Assembly: GCA_018712145.1 (NCBI GenBank)
Contig: DVHJ01000003.1
Location: 20,637-84,636, forward strand
From: Candidatus Faecousia faecigallinarum
GTDB lineage: Bacteria; Bacillota; Clostridia; Oscillospirales; Oscillospiraceae
Length of the DNA stretch: 64,000 bases
Direction of reading: 5' to 3'
How positions within the stretch are numbered: position 1 is the stretch's first letter; the number at the start of each line of letters is the position of its first letter. The translations under genes and the position numbers were made by a program. Below, in pieces: positions 9,786 to 19,912 of this stretch. A model generated the notes under the pieces. That model was given only the letters and a program-made list of their open reading frames with translations, was not told where the DNA came from and did not search any database.

Positions 9786-11180
9786 ATGTTTAAACGGATT
9801 TTGATTGCCAACCGGGGGGAAATCGCGGTGCGCATCATCCGGGCCTGCCGGGAACTGGACATTGAAACCGTGGCGGTGTACTCCCAGGCGGACGAGGCCT
9901 CCCTGCATGTGCAGCTGGCCACCCAGGCGGTGTGCATCGGCCCGGCCAAGGCGGCCCAGAGCTATCTGAATCAAACCGCCATCCTGTCCGCCGCCGTGGA
10001 GAGCGGCTGCGAGGCGATTCATCCCGGCTACGGCTTTTTGTCGGAGAACGGGGAATTTGCCGAGCTGTGCGAAAAGTGCGGCCTGACGTTCATCGGACCC
10101 TCCCCGGCGGTGCTCAACCAAATGGGCAACAAGGCCGCCGCCCGGGCCCTGATGCAGCAGGTTGGGGTGCCGGTGGTGCCCGGCTCCGACGGGCCGGTGA
10201 AAGACGCCGCCCAGGCGGCGGTAGTGGCCCAGGCCATCGGCTACCCGGTACTGGTCAAGGCCAGCGCCGGCGGCGGCGGCCGGGGGATGCGCCGGGTCTA
10301 CCGCCCGGAAGAACTGGCTCCGGCCTTCGCCTCCGCCCAGGCCGAAGCGGAGGCTTGCTTCGGCGACGGGGAAATGTACCTGGAGAAACTGATCCTTCAC
10401 CCCCGGCATATTGAATTTCAGATCATGGCCGACCGTTTTGGCCATGTGGTTCACCTGGGGGAACGGGACTGCTCCATCCAGCGGAAGAACCAAAAGCTTT
10501 TGGAAGAATCCCCCTCCAAAGCCCTGACCCCCCAACTGCGGGAGCAGATGGGGGCGGCTGCCGTGGCGGCAGCCAAAGCCTGCGGCTACGAAGGCGCCGG
10601 CACCGTGGAATTTGTGGTGGATCCGGCAGGAAACTTTTATTTTATCGAAATGAACACCCGGATTCAGGTGGAACACCCGGTGACGGAGATGGTCACCGGC
10701 ATTGACCTGGTGCGGGAGCAGCTGCGGGTAGCGGTTGGCCTGCCCCTGTCCTTTACCCAGGCACCCCTCACCGGGCACGCCATCGAAGTGCGGATCAACG
10801 CCGAAGACCCGGCGGCCGGTTTCCGGCCTGTACCCGGAAAGACGGAATTTGTTCACTTCCCCGGGGGCAACGGCGTGCGGGTGGATTCCGCCCTGTACAG
10901 CGGCTTCACCTTAAGCCCTTACTATGACTCTCTGGCGGCGAAGGTCATCGTCCACGCTCCCACCCGCCTGGCTGCCATCCGAAAAATGCGCCGGGCTTTG
11001 GAGGAGCTGGTGATTGAAGGATACCCCACCACGGCAGATCTGGGCCACTTGATTCTCTACCATCCGGATTTCCTAAAAGGCAGCTACGATACCGGATTTT
11101 TGGACAAAGAATTGGATACCCTGCTGCGTTGGGGGGAGGAATGCCCCCGCAGCGGCAGTGAAGAGGAGGCGGCACGTTGA
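9786..11180 (+). CDS. accC: Biotin carboxylase
   Basis: ILIANRGEIA, HPGYGFLSEN, KASAGGGGRGM, ERDCSIQR, EMNTRIQVEHPVTE. Confidence 0.97.
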   Translation: MFKRILIANRGEIAVRIIRACRELDIETVAVYSQADEASLHVQLATQAVCIGPAKAAQSYLNQTAILSAAVESGCEAIHPGYGFLSENGEFAELCEKCGLTFIGPSPAVLNQMGNKAAARALMQQVGVPVVPGSDGPVKDAAQAAVVAQAIGYPVLVKASAGGGGRGMRRVYRPEELAPAFASAQAEAEACFGDGEMYLEKLILHPRHIEFQIMADRFGHVVHLGERDCSIQRKNQKLLEESPSKALTPQLREQMGAAAVAAAKACGYEGAGTVEFVVDPAGNFYFIEMNTRIQVEHPVTEMVTGIDLVREQLRVAVGLPLSFTQAPLTGHAIEVRINAEDPAAGFRPVPGKTEFVHFPGGNGVRVDSALYSGFTLSPYYDSLAAKVIVHAPTRLAAIRKMRRALEELVIEGYPTTADLGHLILYHPDFLKGSYDTGFLDKELDTLLRWGEECPRSGSEEEAAR

Positions 11181-12058
11181 ACACACGGTTTTCCGGCCGG
11201 AAGCAGCGGATGCTGCGGCTGAAAGTTCTCCGGGAAGGCCAGGCGGTGCCGGTACACCGGCAGCAGACCCAGGACGTGTTTACCAAATGCCCTGCCTGCG
11301 GCGAGGCTGTGGCGAAGGTTCAGCTGGCCAAGTCCCTGTATGTCTGCCCGAAATGCGGCCATCACCAGCCGGTGGGCGGGTATCTGCGCCTGGCCATGCT
11401 GCTGGACCACGGCACGTTCCAGGAATTGGACGCCAAGCTCACTGCCGGCGATCCGCTGCACTTCCCCAGCTATGGGGAAAAGCTGGCGAACCAGCGGCGG
11501 CGCACCGGTTTGGCCGACGCCGTGGTGGCGGCCAAGGGCCGCATTGGCGGCAATCCCGTGGTTGTTGTGGTGATGGACAGCCGGTTTATGATGGGCAGCA
11601 TGGGGGTGGCCGTGGGGGAAAAAATTGCCCGGGCGGCCAACACTGCACGGCGGACTAAGGTCCCCTTGATTATTTTCTGTGCCTCCGGCGGCGCCAGAAT
11701 GCAGGAGGGGATTTTGTCCCTGATGCAGATGGCCAAAACTGCGGAAGCCATCACCCAGTTCCAGGATGCCGGCGGATTGTACATTTCCTGCCTGACCCAC
11801 CCCACCACCGGCGGGGTAACCGCCAGCTTCGCCTCCCTGGGAGACATTACCCTGGCCGAGCCCGGGGCGCTGATTGGGTTTGCCGGCCCCAGGGTCATTG
11901 AGCAGACCATCGGCCAAACCCTGCCGGAGGGATTCCAGCGGTCAGAATACCTGCTGGAGCACGGCTTTGTGGACGCGGTGGTGCCCAGGAACCAGTTGAA
12001 GCCCACCATCGCCCGGCTCCTGCGGCTGCACAGCAAAGGAGGAACTGTCCATGGCTGA
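11177..12058 (+). CDS. accD: Acetyl-CoA carboxylase carboxyltransferase beta subunit (TTG start)
   Basis: Zn finger [42 protein letters not shown]. Confidence 0.96.
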   Translation: MNTRFSGRKQRMLRLKVLREGQAVPVHRQQTQDVFTKCPACGEAVAKVQLAKSLYVCPKCGHHQPVGGYLRLAMLLDHGTFQELDAKLTAGDPLHFPSYGEKLANQRRRTGLADAVVAAKGRIGGNPVVVVVMDSRFMMGSMGVAVGEKIARAANTARRTKVPLIIFCASGGARMQEGILSLMQMAKTAEAITQFQDAGGLYISCLTHPTTGGVTASFASLGDITLAEPGALIGFAGPRVIEQTIGQTLPEGFQRSEYLLEHGFVDAVVPRNQLKPTIARLLRLHSKGGTVHG

Positions 12059-12854
12059 GCGCACCCCCGCCCAGCGGGTTGCCCTGGCCCGGCAAAGCGG
12101 ACGGCCGGGCACGGTGGAATACATTGACGCTTTGTTTACCGACTTCTTCCCCCAGCGGGGCGACCGGCTGGGAAAAGAAGACGGCAGTATCTTGGGGGGT
12201 ATCGCCCTGTTCCATGGCCGGCCGGTAACGGTGATCGGCCACCGGAAAGGGAAAAATCTGGAAGAAAATATGCGCTGCAACTTCGGCATGCCCGGCCCCG
12301 AGGGGTACCGAAAGGCCCAGCGGCTGATGCTGGCGGCGGAAAAGTTTGACCGGCCGGTGATTACCTTCATTGACACTCCCGGCGCCTACCCTGGGCTGGA
12401 AGCGGAAGCCCACGGCCAAGGGGAGGCCATCGCCCGGTGCCTGGCGGTGATGAGCCGGCTGAAGGTGCCCATTATTTCCGTGGTCATTGGCGAAGGGGGC
12501 AGCGGCGGCGCTCTGGCTCTGGCCATGGGCAACACGGTGCTGATGCTGGAAAACGCAGTGTACTCCGTTTTGTCCCCAGAGGGCTTTGCCGCCATTTTGT
12601 GGAAGGACTCCGCTCGGGCCAAGGAAGCCTGCGATGTGATGAAGCTCACCGCCCAGGATCTGGTGGAGCTGAAGGTAATCGACCGAATCCTGCCGGAGCC
12701 GGAAGGCGGGGCCCACACCGATCCCCAGGCGATGGTAAAGGCGGTGGATGAGGCGCTGGTTGCCGCGCTGCGGAAGCCGCCGGCGGACCCAGCTGCCCAC
12801 CGCTACCGGAAATTCCGGGCCATGGGCGGGCAATTTGTGAATCTGGAAAAATGA
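12051..12854 (+). CDS. accA: Acetyl-CoA carboxylase carboxyltransferase alpha subunit
   Basis: [39 protein letters not shown]. Confidence 0.96.
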   Translation: MAERTPAQRVALARQSGRPGTVEYIDALFTDFFPQRGDRLGKEDGSILGGIALFHGRPVTVIGHRKGKNLEENMRCNFGMPGPEGYRKAQRLMLAAEKFDRPVITFIDTPGAYPGLEAEAHGQGEAIARCLAVMSRLKVPIISVVIGEGGSGGALALAMGNTVLMLENAVYSVLSPEGFAAILWKDSARAKEACDVMKLTAQDLVELKVIDRILPEPEGGAHTDPQAMVKAVDEALVAALRKPPADPAAHRYRKFRAMGGQFVNLEK

Positions 12855-12882
12855 CGGGAGTTTTTCCCGGGAAGGAGAACCC

Positions 12883-13830
12883 ATGGACGGACTGAACATT
12901 CTGGCCACGGGCCGGAAAATCCCGGCCAGATGCGTGACCAATGACGAACTGTCCCGCATGGTGGACACCAGCGACGAGTGGATCACCACCCGCACCGGCA
13001 TTCGCCAGCGGTATTTATCCGGCGAAGGGGAAACCAACGCCGCCCAGGCCGCCACAGCCGCAGCCTTGGCCCTTGAACGGGCCGGTCTGACGGCCAAAGA
13101 CGTGGGGCTGTGTGTGGTGGCCACCTTTACGCCGGATCACAGCACGCCGTCTCTGGCCTGCGAGGTCCACGGCCTGCTGGGCCTGCCGGAATCGGCCCCG
13201 GCTTTTGACGTCAACGCCGCCTGCACCGGGTTTTTAACCGCGCTGGAGATTGCCCGGTGTTTCCTGGCGGCAGGGCGGCTGGACTCCCCCTATGCCCTGG
13301 TCATCGGCTCGGAGTTTGTCAGCCGGGTGGTGGATTTTCATGACCGCTCCACCTGTGTGCTCTTCGGCGACGGCGCCGGAGCAGCGGTGGTGCGGCTGTC
13401 GGAAAATCATCCCTACGCCTGCCGGTTAGGGGCCAGAGGGGACGCGGAAATCCTCCATGCCGGCGGCTTGGGCAGTCAGGATCAAACTCTGCATATGCAG
13501 GGCAAAGCGGTGTTCCGCTTTGCCACGGAAATTGTCCCCAAGAGCATCACCGGCTTGCTGGAAGAAGCGGGAAAAACCTTAGATGCGGTGGATCACGTGG
13601 TGTGCCACCAAGCCAATGGCCGGATTATCGACCATGTGGTGAAAAAACTAGGCGCCCCGCCGGAGAAATTTTACAAAAATATTCAACGTTATGCCAACAC
13701 TTCTTCGGCCAGCATTCCCATTGCCCTGGATGAGATGCGGGAGCTGGGTTTGCTCCAGCCAGGGCAGACGGTGCTGTGCGTGGGCTTCGGCGCAGGGCTC
13801 ACCTGGGGCGCTACGCTGCTGACCATTTAA
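12883..13830 (+). CDS. fabH: Beta-ketoacyl-ACP synthase III
   Basis: WITTRTGI, DVNAACTGF, LFGDGAGA, HQAN, NTSSASIP, GFGAGLTWG. Confidence 0.96.
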   Translation: MDGLNILATGRKIPARCVTNDELSRMVDTSDEWITTRTGIRQRYLSGEGETNAAQAATAAALALERAGLTAKDVGLCVVATFTPDHSTPSLACEVHGLLGLPESAPAFDVNAACTGFLTALEIARCFLAAGRLDSPYALVIGSEFVSRVVDFHDRSTCVLFGDGAGAAVVRLSENHPYACRLGARGDAEILHAGGLGSQDQTLHMQGKAVFRFATEIVPKSITGLLEEAGKTLDAVDHVVCHQANGRIIDHVVKKLGAPPEKFYKNIQRYANTSSASIPIALDEMRELGLLQPGQTVLCVGFGAGLTWGATLLTI

Positions 13831-13884
13831 TCCTAAATTTTGCCAGGCTTTTGCCATACTGGGCAGAAAGGAATAAAATTAGAC

Positions 13885-14823
13885 ATGAAACGACTGAGCG
13901 AAATTCTCGGAATCGAATTTCCCTTTATCCAGGGTGGCATGGCCAACATTGCCACCGGCGAATTCGCCGCCGCCGTGTCCAACGCCGGCGGCCTGGGCCT
14001 GATCGGCTCCGGCGGCATGAATGCGGAAACCCTCCGGGAGCATATCCACCGGTGCAGATCCCTGACAGACAAGCCCTTTGGCGTGAATATTATGCTGATG
14101 AACCCTCAGGCCCCGGAGATGGCCCAGATTGTCGCCCAGGAGGAAATTCCCGTGGTGACCACCGGCGCAGGCAATCCCGGCACTTATGTAAAGCTGTGGA
14201 AGGAAGCCGGCTGCAAAATCTTCCCGGTGGTGCCCGCTACGGTATTGGCCAAGCGGTTGGCCGATCTGGGGGTGGACGGCGTGATCGCCGAAGGCACCGA
14301 GTCCGGCGGCCATGTGGGCGAACTGACCACCATGGCCCTGGTGCCCCAGGTGGTAGACGCCATGGCGCCCTACGGCATCCCCGTGGTGGCCGCCGGCGGC
14401 ATTGCCGACGGGCGGCAGCTCCTGGCGGCCTTTGCCCTGGGGGCCTGTGGCGTACAGGTGGGTACCTGCCTGCTGGTCAGCCAGGAATGCCCCATCCACG
14501 AAAACTATAAGGCCGCCTTGCTGAAGGCCAAGGACAGCGACACCATCGTCACCGGTCGGATTGCCGGCACCCCGGTGCGGTGCCTGAAAAACCGGATGAC
14601 TCGGGCCTATGTGGCCAAGGAAAAGGCCGGTGCGGAAAAAATGGAACTGGAACAGTACACCCTGGGCTCCCTGCGCCGGGCGGTGTTCGACGGCGATGTG
14701 GACACCGGCAGCCTGATGGCCGGCCAGGTAGCCGGTATGCTCCATGAGATCAAACCCCTGCGGCAGATTTTCACGGAGCTGTACACCGGGTACCAGAAGG
14801 CCCTGGCGGAGCTGAACGGTTAA
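13885..14823 (+). CDS. fabK: Enoyl-ACP reductase II (FMN-dependent)
   Basis: IQGGMA, KPFGVN, EGTESGGHVG, AAGGIADG, MAGQVAG; located in fab cluster. Confidence 0.92.
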   Translation: MKRLSEILGIEFPFIQGGMANIATGEFAAAVSNAGGLGLIGSGGMNAETLREHIHRCRSLTDKPFGVNIMLMNPQAPEMAQIVAQEEIPVVTTGAGNPGTYVKLWKEAGCKIFPVVPATVLAKRLADLGVDGVIAEGTESGGHVGELTTMALVPQVVDAMAPYGIPVVAAGGIADGRQLLAAFALGACGVQVGTCLLVSQECPIHENYKAALLKAKDSDTIVTGRIAGTPVRCLKNRMTRAYVAKEKAGAEKMELEQYTLGSLRRAVFDGDVDTGSLMAGQVAGMLHEIKPLRQIFTELYTGYQKALAELNG

Positions 14824-14847
14824 CCCCGGCCAATGGAGGGCCGCAAC

Positions 14848-15783
14848 ATGAAGTTAGCCATATTATTTGCCGGGCAAGGCGCCCAGCACGCCGGGATGGG
14901 CCAGGATCTGTATGCCCAGTATCCGGCGTTCCGGCAGGTGCTGGACGAAGCTGCCGGCGCCGTGGACTTTGACCTGAAGGCCCTGTGCTTTACCGGGCCG
15001 GAGGAAACCCTGTGCCAAACCCAGTACACCCAGCCCTGCATGGTGGCCTTTGCCGCCGGGGCGATGGCCGTCCTCCGGGAGGCGGGCCTGCAGCCGGCCG
15101 CCGCCGCTGGGCTCAGCCTGGGGGAATACTCCGCCTTATGTGCTGCCGGGGTGTTCACCCCCCGGCAGGCGGTGCAGACTGCTGCATTCCGGGGACGGGC
15201 CATGGCCCAAGCATCCCAGGGCCAACCCAGCGCCATGGCCGCCATCCTGGGCCTGGATCGGGAATCCCTGGCCCGGGCCTGCGAAAAGGCCCAGGGCCTG
15301 GTGGAAATTGCCAACTACAACTGCCCCGGGCAGATGGCCATTGCCGGAGATGAGGCGGCCGTCCAGGCAGCCTGCCAGTATGCCAAGGAAGCCGGAGCAA
15401 AACGCTGCGTTCCCCTGAAGGTATCCGGCCCCTTCCACACCTCCCGGATGGCCCCGGCGGCCCAGGCGCTGCACCGGTACTTCCAGGACATGACCTTCGG
15501 GGACATGGCCTTCCCGGTGTACTTCAACTGTCTGGGCAAACCCATGGGGCAGGGAGATACCATCCCAGCTCTGCTGGAGCGGCAGGTCCGCAGCAGCGTG
15601 TACATGGAAGATACCCTGCGCAATATGACCGCCGCCGGCATTGACACATTTCTGGAAATCGGCCCGGGGAAGGTACTCACCGGGTTCGTGAGAAAAACGG
15701 TGAAGGGCGCAACGGCCCGGGCCGTGGAAACCGCCCAGGACATGGCTGAGACCTTGGCCTGGCTAAAAGGAGAGACACCATGA
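14848..15783 (+). CDS. fabD: Malonyl-CoA:ACP transacylase
   Basis: FAGQGAQ, TQP, GLSLGEY, ANYNCPGQ, VSGPFH. Confidence 0.96.
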   Translation: MKLAILFAGQGAQHAGMGQDLYAQYPAFRQVLDEAAGAVDFDLKALCFTGPEETLCQTQYTQPCMVAFAAGAMAVLREAGLQPAAAAGLSLGEYSALCAAGVFTPRQAVQTAAFRGRAMAQASQGQPSAMAAILGLDRESLARACEKAQGLVEIANYNCPGQMAIAGDEAAVQAACQYAKEAGAKRCVPLKVSGPFHTSRMAPAAQALHRYFQDMTFGDMAFPVYFNCLGKPMGQGDTIPALLERQVRSSVYMEDTLRNMTAAGIDTFLEIGPGKVLTGFVRKTVKGATARAVETAQDMAETLAWLKGETP

Positions 15784-16523
15784 ACTTGACAGGAAAACAC
15801 GCCGTGGTCACCGGCGGCGGCCGGGGCATTGGCCGGGCCATCTGCCTGGCCCTGGCCCAGGCCGGGGCAGACGTGGTGATCAACTACTCCGGCAGCGAAG
15901 CCGCTGCCCAGGAAACTGCCGAGGCTTGCCGGGCCATTGGGGTGCAGGCCCTGACGGTGAAGGCCAACGTGGCCGATGAAACCCAGGCCGCCGCCCTCAT
16001 TGACCAAGGGATCAAGGCCCTGGGCAGTGTGGACATTCTGGTGAACAACGCCGGGATCACCCGGGATAACCTGATCCTCCGCATGCGTCCGGCAGACTTT
16101 TCCGCCGTATTGGACACCAACCTGAAGGGGGCCTTTTTCTGCATGAAAGCTGCCTGCAGGCCCATGATGAAAGCCAGATTCGGCCGGATCATCAACATCT
16201 CCAGCGTGGTGGGCCTGCGGGGCAACGCCGGTCAGGCCAACTACGCCGCCAGCAAGGCCGGTCTCATCGGCATGTCCAAGAGCGCCGCCAAGGAGCTGGC
16301 CAGCCGGGGCATTACCGTCAACTGCATTGCCCCGGGCTTTATTGACACCGCCATGACAGAGGTACTGCCGGAGGGGGTAAAGGAGAAGCTCCTGACCCAA
16401 ATCCCCATGGCCCGCCTGGGCAGCGCCCAGGATGTGGCCGCCGCCGCTGTATTTTTCGCCAGTGAAGCCGCGTCCTATGTGACGGGCCAGGTGCTGTGCG
16501 TGGACGGCGGCATGGCCATGTAG
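15780..16523 (+). CDS. fabG: 3-oxoacyl-ACP reductase
   Basis: TGGGRGIG, NNAGITRD, YAASKAG SDR motifs. Confidence 0.96.
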   Translation: MNLTGKHAVVTGGGRGIGRAICLALAQAGADVVINYSGSEAAAQETAEACRAIGVQALTVKANVADETQAAALIDQGIKALGSVDILVNNAGITRDNLILRMRPADFSAVLDTNLKGAFFCMKAACRPMMKARFGRIINISSVVGLRGNAGQANYAASKAGLIGMSKSAAKELASRGITVNCIAPGFIDTAMTEVLPEGVKEKLLTQIPMARLGSAQDVAAAAVFFASEAASYVTGQVLCVDGGMAM

Positions 16524-16533
16524 GAGGTGCCCC

Positions 16534-17769
16534 ATGGAAAAACGACGTGTAGTCATCACCGGCATGGGGGCGGTAACCCCCCTGGGCAACACCCTGCCGG
16601 AGAGCTGGCAGGGGGTCAAGGAAGGCCGGTGTGGCATCGGCCCTATCACCCTGTACGACACCACCGGCCAGAAGGCAACCTTGGCCGGTGAGGTCAAGGG
16701 CTTTGACCCGGAGGGAATCCTGGGCCGCCGGGAAGCCCGGAAAATGGACCGCTATACCCAGCTGGCCATGGTGGCCGCTGGGGAGGCCATGGCCCAGAGC
16801 AGGCTGAACATGGAAAAGGAAGATCCCTTCCGGTGCGCCGTGTTTTTTGCCAGCGGCATCGGCGGGTTCGCCACCACCCAGACCCAGTGCCTGGCCGGTG
16901 CGGCCAAGGGATATGACAAAGTATCCCCCTTTTTCATCCCCATGACCATTGCCAACCTGGCGGCGGGGAACATGGCCATTCGTTACGGGTTCCGTGGGAT
17001 GTGCACCTGCCCGGTGACCGCCTGTGCCTCCGGGGCCAACGCGGTAGGGGACGCCTTCCGCCACATCCGGGACGGCTATGCCGAAACCGCCCTGTGCGGC
17101 GGCGCGGAGGCGGCCATCACTTCCCTGGCCATGGGCGGTTTTACCGCCATGCACGCCCTGTACACCGGCACCGATCCCAACCGGGCCTCCATCCCCTTTG
17201 ACGCCCAGCGCTCAGGCTTCGTCATGGGCGAAGGCGCCGGCGCTCTGGTGCTGGAGGAATATGGCCATGCCATGGCCCGGGGGGCGGAAATCCTGGGCGA
17301 AGTGGTGGGTTACGGCGCAACCTGCGACGCCTACCATATCACCGCCCCCTGCCCGGATGGCAGCGGCGCGGCGGCGGCCATGACACAAGCCCTGGCCGAT
17401 GGCGGCGTTACCCATGTGGACTACATCAATGCCCACGGCACCTCCACCCCCATGAACGATGCGGGAGAAACCGCCGCCATTAAGCTGGCTTTTGGTCCGG
17501 CTGCCCGGACCCTGGCGGTCAGCTCCACCAAGTCCATGACCGGCCACCTGCTGGGCGGCTCCGGGGCGGTGGAGGCGGTGTTCACCGCCATGGCCCTCAA
17601 AGACGGCTTTATTCCCGCCACCATTCACTACCAAGTGCCCGATCCGGCCTGCGATCTGGACATTGTGCCCAACCAGGGCCGGCAGGCGGATATTCGCTAT
17701 GCCATGTCCAATTCCCTGGGCTTTGGCGGCCACAATGCCAGCCTGATTCTCAGGAAATGGGAGGGTTAA
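16534..17769 (+). CDS. fabF: Beta-ketoacyl-ACP synthase II
   Basis: VVITGMG, TACASG, GFVMGEG, INAHGTST, KSMTGHLLG, NSLGFGGHN. Confidence 0.96.
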   Translation: MEKRRVVITGMGAVTPLGNTLPESWQGVKEGRCGIGPITLYDTTGQKATLAGEVKGFDPEGILGRREARKMDRYTQLAMVAAGEAMAQSRLNMEKEDPFRCAVFFASGIGGFATTQTQCLAGAAKGYDKVSPFFIPMTIANLAAGNMAIRYGFRGMCTCPVTACASGANAVGDAFRHIRDGYAETALCGGAEAAITSLAMGGFTAMHALYTGTDPNRASIPFDAQRSGFVMGEGAGALVLEEYGHAMARGAEILGEVVGYGATCDAYHITAPCPDGSGAAAAMTQALADGGVTHVDYINAHGTSTPMNDAGETAAIKLAFGPAARTLAVSSTKSMTGHLLGGSGAVEAVFTAMALKDGFIPATIHYQVPDPACDLDIVPNQGRQADIRYAMSNSLGFGGHNASLILRKWEG

Positions 17770-17772
17770 GCC

Positions 17773-18198
17773 ATGACTTTGGATTCCAATCAGATTATGG
17801 AAATTCTGCCCCACCGGTTCCCGTTTCAGCTGGTGGACCGGATCACCGCCTGTGAGCCGGGGGTGCGGGCAGAGGGACGCAAGTGTGTTACCGTCAACGA
17901 GCAATTTTTTTGCGGCCACTTCCCCCAGAAGCACGTGATGCCCGGGGTGCTCATCATTGAGGCCATGGCCCAGGTGGGCGCCGTGGCTCTGCTCACCCAG
18001 GAGGAAAACAAAGGGAAAATCGCCCTGTTCGGCGGCATCAAAAGCGCCCGTTTCCGCCGCCAGGTAGTGCCCGGGGACGTGCTGGAGATCACCTGTGAGC
18101 TGACCCTCCGCCGGGGACCCCTGGGCATGGGCAAGGCGGTGGCCAAAGTGGACGGCAAAGTGGCGGCCAGCGCAGAGCTCACCTTTGCCATCAGCTGA
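17773..18198 (+). CDS. fabZ: 3-hydroxyacyl-ACP dehydratase
   Basis: [29 protein letters not shown]. Confidence 0.96.
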   Translation: MTLDSNQIMEILPHRFPFQLVDRITACEPGVRAEGRKCVTVNEQFFCGHFPQKHVMPGVLIIEAMAQVGAVALLTQEENKGKIALFGGIKSARFRRQVVPGDVLEITCELTLRRGPLGMGKAVAKVDGKVAASAELTFAIS

Positions 18199-18236
18199 GC
18201 CGGTTCGGGAAATAGCGCGTGCCAGGGGGTGTGGTG

Positions 18237-18692
18237 ATGCTGGAAGTGGCGTTTACTCAAGTGTATTCGAAATTCAAGCTGCATTTTTACCAGAAGGTGT
18301 TTGGCCGGTTTCAGTCCCGGGAGGCCAGCATGACTACCGTGGAAACCTTCTGCATGGAGATCATTCATGCCCTAGGCCAGCCAACGGTAAATGAATTTGC
18401 CTCTTTTGTGCAGATTTCTCCGCCCAACGCTGCGTATAAGGTAAACAATTTGATTCACAAAGGGTACCTGAAAAAAGTCCGTTCCAACACGGACCGGCGT
18501 GAGTTCTACCTGGTGCCCACGGAAAAATATGAGGATTACTATAACATCAGCTACCGCTACCTCACCACGGTCATGGGGCGGATCAGGGCCAGATTTTCTC
18601 CCCAAGAAGTGGGAAAATTGGAAAACATGCTGCAAGTCGTTGCCGATGAACTGATGCCGGAAATTCGCCTGCGGCAGCGGCAGCAAGAGTAA
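18237..18692 (+). CDS. MarR-family winged-helix transcriptional regulator
   Basis: HTH-like PTVNEFASFVQIS..NAAYKVNNL, wing motif TDRRE; about 150 aa. Confidence 0.75.
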   Translation: MLEVAFTQVYSKFKLHFYQKVFGRFQSREASMTTVETFCMEIIHALGQPTVNEFASFVQISPPNAAYKVNNLIHKGYLKKVRSNTDRREFYLVPTEKYEDYYNISYRYLTTVMGRIRARFSPQEVGKLENMLQVVADELMPEIRLRQRQQE

Positions 18693-18705
18693 ACCCATCG
18701 CCGGT

Positions 18706-18743
18706 GGCTTTTGTCCCGCTCCTGGCGGAGCGGGACAAAAGCC
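18706..18743. terminator. 17-bp perfect stem-loop closing fab operon
   Basis: GGCTTTTGTCCCGCTCC-TGGC-GGAGCGGGACAAAAGCC; lacks a U-tract. Confidence 0.55.
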
Positions 18744-18789
18744 CATGGGGCACAATGGCTGCCCGCCGGTCATAAGGAGAAGGAGCAAA

Positions 18790-19557
18790 ATGGGCAATCC
18801 ATACGACAATCCGGAATTTTTCCAACAATATGCCCAGATGTCCCGGAGCCGGCTGGGTCTGGCTGGCGCCGGGGAGTGGCGGCAGCTGGAAGGGCTGTTT
18901 CCCCCGGTGGCCGGGAAGCGGGTACTGGATCTGGGCTGCGGATACGGCTGGCACTGCGCCTACGCCGCCAAGCAGGGCGCCAAGGAAGTGCTGGGCATTG
19001 ATCAAAGTCCGGCCATGCTGGCCCAGGCAGAGGCGCGGAACCGCCATCCGGCGGTTTCCTACCAGGTTTGCGGCGTAGAGGACTATCCTTACCCGGAAAA
19101 CCGGTGGGATGTGGTGGCTTCTAATCTGGTGCTTCACTACATTGAACGCCTTGATCCGGTGTACCGGCTGGTGTGGCGCACCCTGGTTCCCGGCGGCATT
19201 TTCCTGTTCAATATCGAACACCCGGTGTTCACCGCCGGGGTGGGCCAGGATTGGATCTACAATGAAGCCGGGCAGCCCTGTTACTGGCCGGTGGACAATT
19301 ACTTTTTGTCCGGGCCCAGGGATACCCGGTTTCTGGGCTGCGCCGTTACCAAACAGCACCATACTCTGACCGAAATTCTCATGGGCCTGCTGGATACCGG
19401 CTTTATCCTCAAGGCAGTGGAAGAAGCAAAGCCTCCGGCAGAAATGCTGGATATGCCTGGGATGAAAGACGAACTGCGCCGCCCCATGATGCTGTTGGTC
19501 AAAGCAGAGAAACCCCAATTTTTAGCAAAGGATGGCAAACCGTCATGCATCAAGTAA
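18790..19557 (+). CDS. Class I SAM-dependent methyltransferase
   Basis: VLDLGCGYG motif I, GIDQSPAM, DVVASNLVLHY, LVPGGIFLF; SD AGGAG. Confidence 0.9.
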   Translation: MGNPYDNPEFFQQYAQMSRSRLGLAGAGEWRQLEGLFPPVAGKRVLDLGCGYGWHCAYAAKQGAKEVLGIDQSPAMLAQAEARNRHPAVSYQVCGVEDYPYPENRWDVVASNLVLHYIERLDPVYRLVWRTLVPGGIFLFNIEHPVFTAGVGQDWIYNEAGQPCYWPVDNYFLSGPRDTRFLGCAVTKQHHTLTEILMGLLDTGFILKAVEEAKPPAEMLDMPGMKDELRRPMMLLVKAEKPQFLAKDGKPSCIK

Positions 19558-19883
19558 AAATCACGGTTTTGAAAACCACCTTCGACCAGGCGCTGGCAGA
19601 AGAATACGGCGCGCCGGGCATTGGCCCCTGCCCCATGTTGAAAGCGGGGCAGGTGTTTTACGCCGACTATGCCAAGCCCCAGGGCCTGTGTGACGAGGCC
19701 TGGAAAGCCATCTATCAATATGTCTTCGCCCTGGCCCACGGGGCAGGGACTTTCTACTATGGGGACTGGATCGACAAGCCCGGCGTGGCCATCTGCAGCT
19801 GCAACGACGGCTTGCGGCCGGTGATTTTCAAGCTGGAGGCCACGGACAGGCCCTCGGAAATCAACTACACGCCGGTGCGCTGA
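19545..19883 (+). CDS. TIGR04076-family protein
   Basis: KITVLK, PCP, GLCDEAW, CSCNDGLRPVIFKLE pattern recognised from memory. Confidence 0.7.
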   Translation: MHQVKITVLKTTFDQALAEEYGAPGIGPCPMLKAGQVFYADYAKPQGLCDEAWKAIYQYVFALAHGAGTFYYGDWIDKPGVAICSCNDGLRPVIFKLEATDRPSEINYTPVR

Positions 19884-19912
19884 TTTAGATGACGCCGGGG
19901 AAAGGAAACGCA

